A DNA stretch of 50,664 bases from a virus (lineage: Duplodnaviria > Heunggongvirae > Uroviricota > Caudoviricetes). This document shows positions 36,438-45,826 of this stretch, piece after piece. Made by a program: the position numbers and the translations under genes. The DNA is taken from the IMG/VR virus record IMGVR_UViG_3300025162_000019, positions 138,826 through 189,489 of that record, one strand, 5' to 3'. The notes under the pieces were generated by a model, which saw nothing but the letters and a program-made list of their open reading frames with translations, did not search any database and had not been told where the DNA came from. Position 1 is the first letter of the stretch. Every line of letters begins with the position of its first letter.

Positions 36438-37245
36438 CTAAATTAAACACCTCATATCGAGATAAAATAGCGGCATCCTCATCATATCCTAATCCTATTA
36501 TAGCTGTTGATTCTGCTGGAATGCCTTCTGGTTTAGGTACTGTTTCTAAACCACCCTTTAATTCACCACTAGATACTACTGTTGAACTTGTATTTCTACT
36601 ACTCCATGTTTCAGTATCTATATAATAATTGGTATAAATTTTATCAATAAGTTTAGAATCATCAATAGGTTTAAATAACCATGTTTGTGCAGTAAAAGTA
36701 CTAGACCATTTCAATACTCTTGCCTCTTCTTCATCAGCATCTTCTGTCATTTCAGGTGTACATGATTCTAAAATAACCTTAACTTCTACTTTTGTATCCA
36801 ACTCTGGTATATCAATTCTCATAAAAACATGAGGCGCAAAATAAGGTAATATCTGTTCATACATTTGATCAATATCAACCATGTGTAAGGCCCACATCGT
36901 CATATTAAATTCTAAATTATATGGTACGGCATTTTTATAATAATCAACTGACAATTCTGGTATTGATTTAGAAATCGTAATATTTTCATGCCTTGCACCC
37001 ATTCTATTAGGATCATATGAGATACCTTGAAGTTCAACTGTTATCATTGGTAACATTTCTTCAGTCTTTTGTTGATTTCTTATAAACATATATGCTTTAG
37101 ACTTTGGGCCAAACTTTATAGGAACATTAACTTGCCTTAATACATTTCCGTCAATATCATATCTAGCAATATAAATATCATTAAATATATCAAGAAATTG
37201 AATGATAGTTTTTCTAAATGTTTTATAAAAGAAATATTGTTTCAT
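36430..37245 (-). CDS. gp15: gp15 tail sheath stabilizer / head-tail connector
   Basis: YFFYKTFRKTIIQFLDIFNDI, VPIKFGPK, LPMIT, YDPNR, VPYNLEF, EQILPYFAP. Confidence 0.92.
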   Translation of the reverse strand: MKQYFFYKTFRKTIIQFLDIFNDIYIARYDIDGNVLRQVNVPIKFGPKSKAYMFIRNQQKTEEMLPMITVELQGISYDPNRMGARHENITISKSIPELSVDYYKNAVPYNLEFNMTMWALHMVDIDQMYEQILPYFAPHVFMRIDIPELDTKVEVKVILESCTPEMTEDADEEEARVLKWSSTFTAQTWLFKPIDDSKLIDKIYTNYYIDTETWSSRNTSSTVVSSGELKGGLETVPKPEGIPAESTAIIGLGYDEDAAILSRYEVFNLDE

Positions 37246-37258
37246 TTATCTCCTAATT

Positions 37259-37906
37259 TTAATAGCCATAAATTTTAGTATCTACATCACTATATGTATC
37301 TATCGCCACACTTTGTTCTTCAATATATTCATTATCACCAAATGCTGTAATAGATGGCGTTTCTGTTGTAATATTTGATGAAACACCAGCAGCGGATTCT
37401 GATTCTTCTGAATATCTGAAAGGCTTTAAATTTAATACCCAAATCAAACTTTTTAGCATAAAAATTTTATCATCTTGAGCCACATGAAGAACTTCAAAAC
37501 TTCTACTAAAATATGGTATATAAATAGCATCTCCAACTAAAGGAATGGTAGAACTATTAGCAGAATCGGGGTCTGTAGGATCAACATCACGCCTATAAAC
37601 TGACTGTGGAATGTGTGCTATAATAGAATCTGTTGCTAACATACCAAACATAGAATATACAGTAGGAACATCGCCTACATCATAGATAATCTTTGTTTCT
37701 TTTCCTTCAAGGTACTCAGCATTCTGTGTTTCACCATATAGCTGATCAGGTGGTACAGATGGATCACGCCTATAATATGTGCATGCAATCCCAGTTATAT
37801 CAGTAAATTCAGCAACAAGAGATTCAGCTAACTGATGGTCTGGATTATCAGTTAGATCATATAGATTCCAAGTAGGCTTGTTTAGTGAATCCTGTGGCAA
37901 TCTCAT
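37259..37906 (-). CDS. gp14: gp14 neck protein
   Basis: LVAEFTDITGIACTYY, LYGE, PLVGDAIY, FEVLHV, FRYSEE; position between gp13 and gp15. Confidence 0.85.
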   Translation of the reverse strand: MRLPQDSLNKPTWNLYDLTDNPDHQLAESLVAEFTDITGIACTYYRRDPSVPPDQLYGETQNAEYLEGKETKIIYDVGDVPTVYSMFGMLATDSIIAHIPQSVYRRDVDPTDPDSANSSTIPLVGDAIYIPYFSRSFEVLHVAQDDKIFMLKSLIWVLNLKPFRYSEESESAAGVSSNITTETPSITAFGDNEYIEEQSVAIDTYSDVDTKIYGY

Positions 37907-38759
37907 TTATTATCTCTATACTCCAACCATTATATTTTTTATTTCTCTTTAAATTATACGAAACAGTACTTCTATTAAGATTATTATCAACACAAAATTT
38001 TCTTAAACTATTTGTTATGTATTCAGTTCCTTCTGGTGATATAAACTTATACATATTCTTAACCATTTTTTCTCTTTGCTTTTCTTTTTGTTCATCGGTA
38101 ACAGGAACAGACTTTTTAACACCTATATGATTTTTGGACATTTTTTCTTTTATACTATCAGCCCGTTCTTTACCAAATCTATCTTCAAATGATTTATCTT
38201 TATTAGATTTATTATATTCACTAAAATTATAATTTACAACACCCTTTCTTTTTTCGCTGATTTTTTTTCTTACATCCAATCGTTTTGCTGGATTTTTATC
38301 ACCTAGCATATCAACCCTAATCTTACCATACATGGGGTTATTTTCACCAGAATTTAAAACACTTATTCTTTTACCCCATTCTTCTCTATATTCATCACTT
38401 ACATTAAGCCAATAGTTTTTATTACTTTCACTTATATTTTTTCGTGTATCTTCAGTAGGACACCAACCTAAGTTACCTTCGCCACCTAAAGTTAAATTAT
38501 AACCATTTGGCCTTTGTGTATTCAACTCTTTTATATAATATATTTCTCTTTCATTTAAATCATCTTTACTTAAACATTCACAAAGTATAGACCATTTAAA
38601 ATTCTCATTACCATATTTTCTTATTGCTCTATGTAAATAATAACTGCTATCATTTCTTACATCACATAAATGCTGTAATTTTCTTTTTTCTAAACTTTTT
38701 ACTGTTTGTCCAATATAACAACTACCATTTATTAGATTTTCAACTTTGTATATTAACAT
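37857..38759 (-). mobile_element. GIY-YIG (Seg-like) homing endonuclease with NUMOD3-like repeats
   Basis: LIYKVENLINGSCYIGQT, H..N, E...E..YI, NGYN; SGENNPMYGK; last 50 nt overlap the start of gp14. Confidence 0.92.
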
Positions 38760-38784
38760 ATAAAACCTCCCATGTGTTTTTATA

Positions 38785-38792
38785 TATTTATA
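38785..38792 (-). promoter_or_regulatory. late promoter TATAAATA for the GIY-YIG gene
   Basis: Exact consensus upstream of GGGAGG SD. Confidence 0.5.
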
Positions 38793-38817
38793 TCAAAGTT
38801 TAACCAATGTAAATGTC

Positions 38818-39594
38818 CTACCCTATGAGAAACCCAAGGCCCTCTGTCACCTCTTCCAATCGCAATTGTTCTTCTAATTTTTCCATTTCTGCCTGCCCTT
38901 CACTTATTAAAGAATCACCATCCATTGCCAATCCAGTATTACTACCTATTGCTGTAAAATTAGCAAACTTTGTTCTTATTCGTCCTAATGTCATTTTACA
39001 CATTGCTGTTGCATAATCTGTAAGCCACATATTATTATATAGATCATCAGGTTCGCCTTCTGCCATATACGCTCTAACTAAAATAAAGCCAGGTGTTTCA
39101 TATGTAATATCATTAATTGTTAATTGACCACCATAAGGCGGTGTAGGTTTTATTTCTAGTTGATTAGTATATTGATGGTATATAAAACTATAAGCATCAA
39201 CTACATATCTTTTTATTGTTTCTAAAAATCCTCTTGCTATATGATAAGAAACCATATCATAACCAGAACCAGCACTTCTCATCAACAACTGATCATACAT
39301 ACCCTGATTGTATAAATAATTTTCTATTGTAAATAATGTATGAATAGAACCAGCTGATTGAGTACTATACCCTATGACTTCAGTTATATTCGCTGGCATA
39401 TCATAAAAGGCTTCACCAGCTGACAGCATTAGAGTAAAAAACACTTCCTGCGTTGCTTGACCCACAGCCCATTTTATATACTTTGTTCTTGCATAGTCTA
39501 TAGCATCATTAATTTGCATTGGATCAAGTTCTATCTTTACAACAGGGGCGCCCAATCTGCGTTTAATCTTTTCGACCATATCAGATTTTTTCAT
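38818..39594 (-). CDS. gp13: gp13 neck protein
   Basis: IKRRLGAPVVKIELDPMQINDAID, LGRIRTKF...G..MDGDSLISEGQAE. Confidence 0.92.
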   Translation of the reverse strand: MKKSDMVEKIKRRLGAPVVKIELDPMQINDAIDYARTKYIKWAVGQATQEVFFTLMLSAGEAFYDMPANITEVIGYSTQSAGSIHTLFTIENYLYNQGMYDQLLMRSAGSGYDMVSYHIARGFLETIKRYVVDAYSFIYHQYTNQLEIKPTPPYGGQLTINDITYETPGFILVRAYMAEGEPDDLYNNMWLTDYATAMCKMTLGRIRTKFANFTAIGSNTGLAMDGDSLISEGQAEMEKLEEQLRLEEVTEGLGFLIG

Positions 39595-39628
39595 ATTTAC
39601 ATCCTCGATAAAATATATTCAATACTAT

Positions 39629-39636
39629 TATTTATA
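39629..39636 (-). promoter_or_regulatory. late promoter TATAAATA upstream of gp13
   Basis: Exact consensus, intergenic. Confidence 0.55.
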
Positions 39637-39643
39637 TATTATT

Positions 39644-41200
39644 TTAATTGATGTTATAATCCTGCAGCCAACTGAAGTCATCATCAGTTTCAGTAGATAC
39701 ATCACTCAAAAATCCCCATACTTCTTCTTCACTATTGTTATTGACAGGTTTAGAATCCATTAGATCATAATCATCTATAATGTTCATCTCTACAAAATAA
39801 CAAGCCCAATACAATGCAGAAACTAAATCATCTGGTAAATCCTTCCCCATAAAACGACCATTTGATTCAATAAAAGAACCTAACTGATATACTGTATCCT
39901 TATCATATATATCTACGCACTTATCTTCTATCAGTTTTTTCATTAATAGAACAGCTCTAGGTTTTGTATTTTTACTAGCTCTAATACCTAAGTCTGCATT
40001 TTTACTTCCAGTATTTACTAAGTTAGAGTTCTCAAATTCCCACCATAGTCTATTCACAACAGCAGAACCTTCTGAGTTATTTTCACACATAATATAAGCA
40101 TTGTTATAATAGTATGATAATCTATTTATAATCTCTGCGAACAAATAAACATCTGTCTGATTATCATTATATACGGCAACTTGTTGATACTTCAATGGTG
40201 TTAAACTTATAATCTTCATGATCTGTAATGTAGAAGCATTTTCACCAGTTCCTTTAGCAGTATCAGCACCAATAATATACTGTGCACCAGCTTCAGGTTC
40301 TTCATAAACAGAATACTTATTACCCATTTCTGTTTTTATAGGTTCTCTAACATTATCAAATAGGTATTCAAGTGTAACAGGGTCTATAACTGTATTTGTA
40401 GAACCTAAAAACTCACAGGCATATTCCTGAGTAAACTTTACCTTACCTAAGTTCTTTAATTGCTCTTGCGCCCAAGCCTCATCACGGCCAGGCACTTCTC
40501 TCCAAGTAACACGAATATGTTTAAATGTATTCTCTCCACGCTCTGCTTGACTGTATATCCTATGAAATAGATTGAACACTCCATTAGGTGTTGAAATAAG
40601 AATAATCTTTGCATCCTCAGAAGCTGAAATGGTCGGATAGTTGGCTGCCCAAAAATCTTCACATATACCTTTAGGAACGAATGCTATTTCATCACATATA
40701 AGTAAGTTGATTGTTCTACCACGGAAAGCATCAGGAGAAGTTGCGGATACTATTATTCTTGTACCATTATCAAATAAAATAAAAGTCTTAGAATATTCAC
40801 GGACACCCGGCTTTAACCATATTGGTAGCTCTTCATACATCAATTTAATTCTACTCATAATATCTATAGCTGATGTCTGCTTATTAGATACTATACCGAT
40901 TGTTTTATCAGAATTAAAGATTGAAAACCACAAAGCATAGACTGAAACAACAGTAGTTTTTCCAGCTTGTCTTGCGCATAGAGCACAAACAAATCTATTG
41001 TCTGCCATTTTTTTAAGAATTGTTTTTTGAAAGGAATAGGGTTCAAATTCAATTCGGCCCCTATCAGGATGGACAATCTTTATATATTGTAAAAAATTGT
41101 TTATATTTGTCGAACAATTTAATAAGGCTCTTACATCTTCAGGCTTATATTCAAACTGCTCCTCTGGCCTCTTCACATAATCATTATACTTAATACCCAT
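39644..41200 (-). CDS. gp17: gp17 terminase large subunit
   Basis: IVHPDRG, ARQAGKTT Walker A, LLICDE Walker B, STPNG, QEYACEF, IIGADTAKG, DDLVSAL. Confidence 0.97.
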   Translation of the reverse strand: MGIKYNDYVKRPEEQFEYKPEDVRALLNCSTNINNFLQYIKIVHPDRGRIEFEPYSFQKTILKKMADNRFVCALCARQAGKTTVVSVYALWFSIFNSDKTIGIVSNKQTSAIDIMSRIKLMYEELPIWLKPGVREYSKTFILFDNGTRIIVSATSPDAFRGRTINLLICDEIAFVPKGICEDFWAANYPTISASEDAKIILISTPNGVFNLFHRIYSQAERGENTFKHIRVTWREVPGRDEAWAQEQLKNLGKVKFTQEYACEFLGSTNTVIDPVTLEYLFDNVREPIKTEMGNKYSVYEEPEAGAQYIIGADTAKGTGENASTLQIMKIISLTPLKYQQVAVYNDNQTDVYLFAEIINRLSYYYNNAYIMCENNSEGSAVVNRLWWEFENSNLVNTGSKNADLGIRASKNTKPRAVLLMKKLIEDKCVDIYDKDTVYQLGSFIESNGRFMGKDLPDDLVSALYWACYFVEMNIIDDYDLMDSKPVNNNSEEEVWGFLSDVSTETDDDFSWLQDYNIN

Positions 41201-41205
41201 AAAAA

Positions 41206-41240
41206 AATCCTCCTAAACTATTTAGTTATTTAGGAGGATT
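41206..41240 (-). promoter_or_regulatory. 12-bp hairpin sequestering the AGGAGG SD of gp17, U-run tailed (terminator-like), with CTAAATA motifs in arm and loop
   Basis: AAUCCUCCUAAA-UAACUAAAUAG-UUUAGGAGGAUU-UUUUU-AUG. Confidence 0.7.
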
Positions 41241-41267
41241 ATGTATATTTTATAAATTGATTTATAG

Positions 41268-42800
41268 TTAACTCTTTTTTGGCGGCCTTATAGTTGGGTT
41301 TGTGTCTATTTTTACTTCATATCTTTTATCGCCTATTGTAGTAGAAAGAACTACTGGTCTACCCCAAAGAGTATAAATATGCTCTAAAGTTTTTACTGTA
41401 TTTAACTTATCCAACTCAATACCAGAAAAATCATGAGATAAATATAATGAGCCATCAAAATGATGATTTCCATCTATTATATTTATTTTGGGAATACCAC
41501 TATTAGAAAAACTATTTACAATCAGTTCCCTAATCTGAGCTGCTGTATGATCTGTTCTAACATAGTCTACAGTATTTGCATAATCTGCACTTGGGACTTC
41601 AGTATAAATATACATATCCAACTTATCAATGACATCTTCTGTAAGAAAATCCTGCATAAAGAACCAATCTGTATATGTTCTCATTACATCCTTACACTTT
41701 TCAAAGCCACCCATTTCCTTTGTATCCCACTCTTCTTTTAACTTGTAATCACTACATTCCATATATTCTTTACCATGACGACCTTTATCCCATCTTTCCT
41801 CAATATGCTCCCACATACCAGAGCCAATAAGATACGGATTCATACTATATCTACTCATAGCTTTTACAAGTGAGTTGGAATAGTTATACTGCCCATGCTC
41901 TTCTGCTGTTAATAGTTCTTCATCAAATAGTTTATTCATAATCTTCTGATGAATGAATGTAGCCCAACCCTCATTCATATACCTTGACCTCATAATAGGC
42001 CAATAATACTGACCCTCAATTCTCAAGATTTCAAGAATGTCCTTCTGCCAATCTTCTAAAATGCGTGAGTTATCAATAATAAATCTAAGCAAATCTTCAG
42101 TAGGCTCAACAGGAATCTGCTGTTTCAGTTCTCTCCATAAACGATTATTCATTAAATCAATAGACGCATCGTCAACAAAAGCATCAACAGATTTATGGGT
42201 ATCTGTTAAATCACCAAAAGAAGATAGATTAGTAATCTTCCTTTTTTCTTTCATCTGATCAAATACACGCAACCTTTTTTCTTCTTCTGTTTCATTATCA
42301 AAAGGACTTGAATGAAACTGAATAGAATGCGCTGCATCTACAATCTTTTCAACCTCACCAATACCATACATTCTTTCGTATTCATTAAATCGTTTAGAAC
42401 CTTCCCTCATAACACTCATTATATCATTACGATTATTGATAAACCATTTACTTTCCGTAAAGAAATTTGTATGGCCATAAACATGGGCAATAACCAATGC
42501 CTGTACTGCCAATGTATTACTATCCATTAAGTATGCTCTTGCAGGATTATCATGTATTACAACTTCATATGGTAGACTATCACCATATAAATCATAAAGT
42601 GTTTTATTCTTCTCATAATCTCGCCCATACTTCCAGTTAGATATATTTGTAGGAAGTCTATATGCCATAATCTCAAGCATCCTCTGAGGTGGGATAACAT
42701 CAAACTCTACATCAACACTTTTCAACTTCATATCATCAAAAAGTATTTGTTTAATCCTGTCCTCAATTTTAATAAGTCTTTGTAAATTACCCTTTTCCAT
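41268..42800 (-). CDS. spoVR: SpoVR/YcgB family protein
   Basis: YEVVIHDNPARAYL, LVIAHVYGHTNFF, QYYWP..RSRYMNEGWATFIH, NPYLIG, HIYTLWG. Confidence 0.95.
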   Translation of the reverse strand: MEKGNLQRLIKIEDRIKQILFDDMKLKSVDVEFDVIPPQRMLEIMAYRLPTNISNWKYGRDYEKNKTLYDLYGDSLPYEVVIHDNPARAYLMDSNTLAVQALVIAHVYGHTNFFTESKWFINNRNDIMSVMREGSKRFNEYERMYGIGEVEKIVDAAHSIQFHSSPFDNETEEEKRLRVFDQMKEKRKITNLSSFGDLTDTHKSVDAFVDDASIDLMNNRLWRELKQQIPVEPTEDLLRFIIDNSRILEDWQKDILEILRIEGQYYWPIMRSRYMNEGWATFIHQKIMNKLFDEELLTAEEHGQYNYSNSLVKAMSRYSMNPYLIGSGMWEHIEERWDKGRHGKEYMECSDYKLKEEWDTKEMGGFEKCKDVMRTYTDWFFMQDFLTEDVIDKLDMYIYTEVPSADYANTVDYVRTDHTAAQIRELIVNSFSNSGIPKINIIDGNHHFDGSLYLSHDFSGIELDKLNTVKTLEHIYTLWGRPVVLSTTIGDKRYEVKIDTNPTIRPPKKS

Positions 42801-43711
42801 TATGACATCCTTTCTATTAAATCGTTTATTTTATTTAAATAACATACCTTATCATCATACCAATCTTGCTCTTTGATAACTAATAAATCTATATTTTTCT
42901 TTATACATTGTTTCTTCTTCATTTCGTCATACCATTTTGACTTATCACTAGAATGCCAATATTCACCATTAAACTCTATTGCTTTTCTTACATCAGGTAA
43001 AAATATATCCAATTCAAGATTTTTACCCGTCCAATAGTTTTTTACTTGTGTTCTATCATTTTCTAAAATAGTACCCGAATAAATAGTTTTGACATATTCA
43101 GCAATTTCTTTTTCTGGTTTAGACCATCCTTTAACTAGAGCACATTCAGGGCATCCGCAATTTTGATTTTTAAAACGTCTAAAATACATTTTAAAAATAT
43201 GTCCTTCAGGGCATTTCAACTCTAATATAGATGAATTGTTTTTATACTTGCCTGACAGCCACACATAATTTCTATCTTTAATATATTGCATAACATCTAT
43301 TAATGATGCTCTTTGTATGATGCTTCTTCTTTTATTAAAACATTCCAAACATCTATGTCCTTGCTGAAAGTCATTAAATCTTTTTTTAAATATATGACCT
43401 TCAGGACATTGTAGTTCTAATATAGAAAAGGCATTTATATATTCACCAGATAACCATTTAAAGCTAAAATCTTCTATACGATTTTTAACATTAATATATT
43501 CTAATCTTTGACTATTACCTCTCATTTTATTATTACATTCAGGGCATCTATAACCTCTTTGAAAAACATTATATATTACTTTATAAATATGACCTTTTGG
43601 GCATTGTAGTTCTAATTTTTCTTTACTATTTTTGTATTCAGTAGATAGAAGTTTATAGTTGAAACTTTCTATATAACTTTTAACTTCTTCTAATGTATAC
43701 TTCCTATTCAT
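42800..43711 (-). mobile_element. free-standing putative homing endonuclease: 3 Zn-finger modules plus PD-(D/E)XK/DUF559-like nuclease
   Basis: Same architecture as 33124..34008; LELDIFLPDVRKAIEFNGEYWH; TAATG-coupled at both ends. Confidence 0.8.
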
Positions 43712-45054
43712 TATGCCTTCCTTTCAAACAAAATATGCTTAATTGCACTATAAATATGGGATTTATTTCTAATCTCACACATCACAAAATGATTAGCGTC
43801 ATCCTTATAGAAGTTCGTGCCATTTTCCGTAGTCATAGCAAATTTAAATGTCTTAATATATTCCTTTAACAATGTATTTGGCGACCATCCGGCTCCATAA
43901 ACAGGACTAAATGAATTATCCTCATCTTCAACACCATTTACTTCGCAATAAGCTAACATATTCACACTCTTATTTAACATTTCCTTTGTTGATTTCATTG
44001 TTCTATCAAAGTTAAAATCTTCACCATCAGATGCGTAGATTACATATCTATTCCATGCTTCTTCAGGGTATTCAGTATCTAATGCGTAGTTAGCCAAATC
44101 AAATGCTGTATGGCAGTTAGTTCCGCCAGATTCACCCTTCTTAAAAAATTCGTCCTCAGAGACAAACTGAGCCTCTGTAGTATGAGTAATAAACCTAATC
44201 ACAACATTATCATATGACTTCTTCAAAAACTCATTTATCCAAAACAATAATGACCTTACAAGATACTTCTTATTACTATCCATAGAACCTGATGTATCAA
44301 TCATTGCGATAATAACGCAGTTAGATAGTGGTGTCATCTGTTCTTCTGGTACTCTAAACCTTAAATCATCATCTTCGATATACAACTGCTCTGGATCAAT
44401 AGAACGATCCAATATATTATTCTTTATGATTAAAATAGCTTCTTCCAAATCGCCAAAAGATTGAACCAATGCCTGTGAAGCCTCTGTTTCAGTACAACCA
44501 GTATCTTCCATTATTTCTTTAATGAAAAGGCTAGTTCGTAACATTGTTTCTTTTAAAGTCTTTTTCTTATGTAGTCTAGGCTGAATACCTATCTTAGATG
44601 TAGTTTCAAACTTCCAGCCAGTAGGAACTAGCATACTTTTATCAGATGTTTTTTCTTCAATGTATGGTAGACCCAAGTCCTCAAACATTAACTGAATGAT
44701 TTGTTCAATATCAATTTCAGTTTCCATATAATCTTCACCCATCTGATCACCTGGCTCATCACTACCACCGTCACTCTTTACTTTCCTTCTACCGATTACA
44801 TCACCTGGCTTTCCTTCACCTTGTCCCACACCGCCAGAACCTTCGTCATTTCTACCATAGACAAAACGATAGTCCTTAAGACCCTTAATAGGAACCTTTA
44901 CTTTACCATTCTTTCCTTTAGTAATAATGGATTCTTCACCAATAATGTCCTTAACTTGGCCTCTAATAACAGCATCAACTTTTTGTCTATGCCTTTCAGC
45001 ATCCTTTTTTCCTTTCTCAGAAAACTGCCAATCACCATCAGCTACTATTGTCAT
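43711..45054 (-). CDS. yeaH: YeaH/YhbH (DUF444) vWA-domain protein
   Basis: DAERHRQKV, LKDYRFVYG, GVGQGEG, LFEDLGLP, IAMIDTSGSM, SGGTNC, ASDGED. Confidence 0.93.
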   Translation of the reverse strand: MTIVADGDWQFSEKGKKDAERHRQKVDAVIRGQVKDIIGEESIITKGKNGKVKVPIKGLKDYRFVYGRNDEGSGGVGQGEGKPGDVIGRRKVKSDGGSDEPGDQMGEDYMETEIDIEQIIQLMFEDLGLPYIEEKTSDKSMLVPTGWKFETTSKIGIQPRLHKKKTLKETMLRTSLFIKEIMEDTGCTETEASQALVQSFGDLEEAILIIKNNILDRSIDPEQLYIEDDDLRFRVPEEQMTPLSNCVIIAMIDTSGSMDSNKKYLVRSLLFWINEFLKKSYDNVVIRFITHTTEAQFVSEDEFFKKGESGGTNCHTAFDLANYALDTEYPEEAWNRYVIYASDGEDFNFDRTMKSTKEMLNKSVNMLAYCEVNGVEDEDNSFSPVYGAGWSPNTLLKEYIKTFKFAMTTENGTNFYKDDANHFVMCEIRNKSHIYSAIKHILFERKA

Positions 45055-45082
45055 ATGAATCCTCTTTTCTATATTTTAAGTT

Positions 45083-45111
45083 ATTATATCATATAACTTG
45101 TTATTTGTCAA
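45083..45111 (-). promoter_or_regulatory. consensus sigma70-type promoter upstream of yeaH
   Basis: TTGACA, 17 bp, TATAAT with extended -10 TG; 26/29 nt identical to the rsr promoter. Confidence 0.85.
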
Positions 45112-45754
45112 TAACCAATTTTTCCAAATATTCGTTAAACATACTCTCATAATCTTCTTCATGCTTTTTTATAGAATAATGGCAGTTTTCACATAAAGTC
45201 ACACCATTATTTTTATTATATATTAAATCTCTATATAATGCAAATCTTTTAATATGGTGTGCTTGTAACTTATATCCTCTTTCATTACACATAACACAAG
45301 TATAGTTATCCCTTTCAAATACAGATGTTCTCCATTCCTTATATTCTTTAGAACAATATATCTTAGTATTTTCTGAAGTTATACCACCCTTCCAATTACC
45401 ATTTAATTCACCTATTCTTTTTGAACTATTTAATGCACATTTTGCTTTGAAATCATCATTCATTTTTTTACCTAAATTTGCTTGACTGATTTTCTTAGCA
45501 GTTTCTTCCGATATACCATACATTGCATTTCTTTTTTTAGCATTACACGAAAAAGAACAACAACAACCTTTATTACCACTACAATAAAAAAACTTTTCAC
45601 CACATACTTCACAAGGAGCATCACTTAAAATATATACAGTCATTCTCCAAGGATTTTCAGCTGTCGGATTATCTTTATACCATTTACCTGTTTTTTCATT
45701 AAATCTTAATACTTTTAATCCTTCTTCATACTTCATAAATAAAAATACCTCCAA
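45101..45754 (-). mobile_element. HNH homing endonuclease
   Basis: CVMC...QAHHIKRF...NGVTLCENCH; NUMOD3-like ETAKKISQANLGKK and GELNGNWKGG. Confidence 0.9.
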
Positions 45755-45774
45755 TAAAATTTCCTTACTGAAGG

Positions 45775-45782
45775 TATTTATA
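45775..45782 (-). promoter_or_regulatory. late promoter TATAAATA for the HNH gene
   Basis: Exact consensus, intergenic, upstream of GGAGG SD. Confidence 0.5.
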
Positions 45783-45826
45783 TATTTCCTTTGTTGGGGA
45801 AACTATGTTGATTTTTCCGTACTATA

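Noticed and set aside
33124-38759. Group I introns or inteins around the endonucleases in the tail and neck genes
   Set aside because: Flanking genes (gp18, gp19, gp13, gp14, gp17) are complete uninterrupted ORFs; the nucleases are free-standing and no intein motifs were seen
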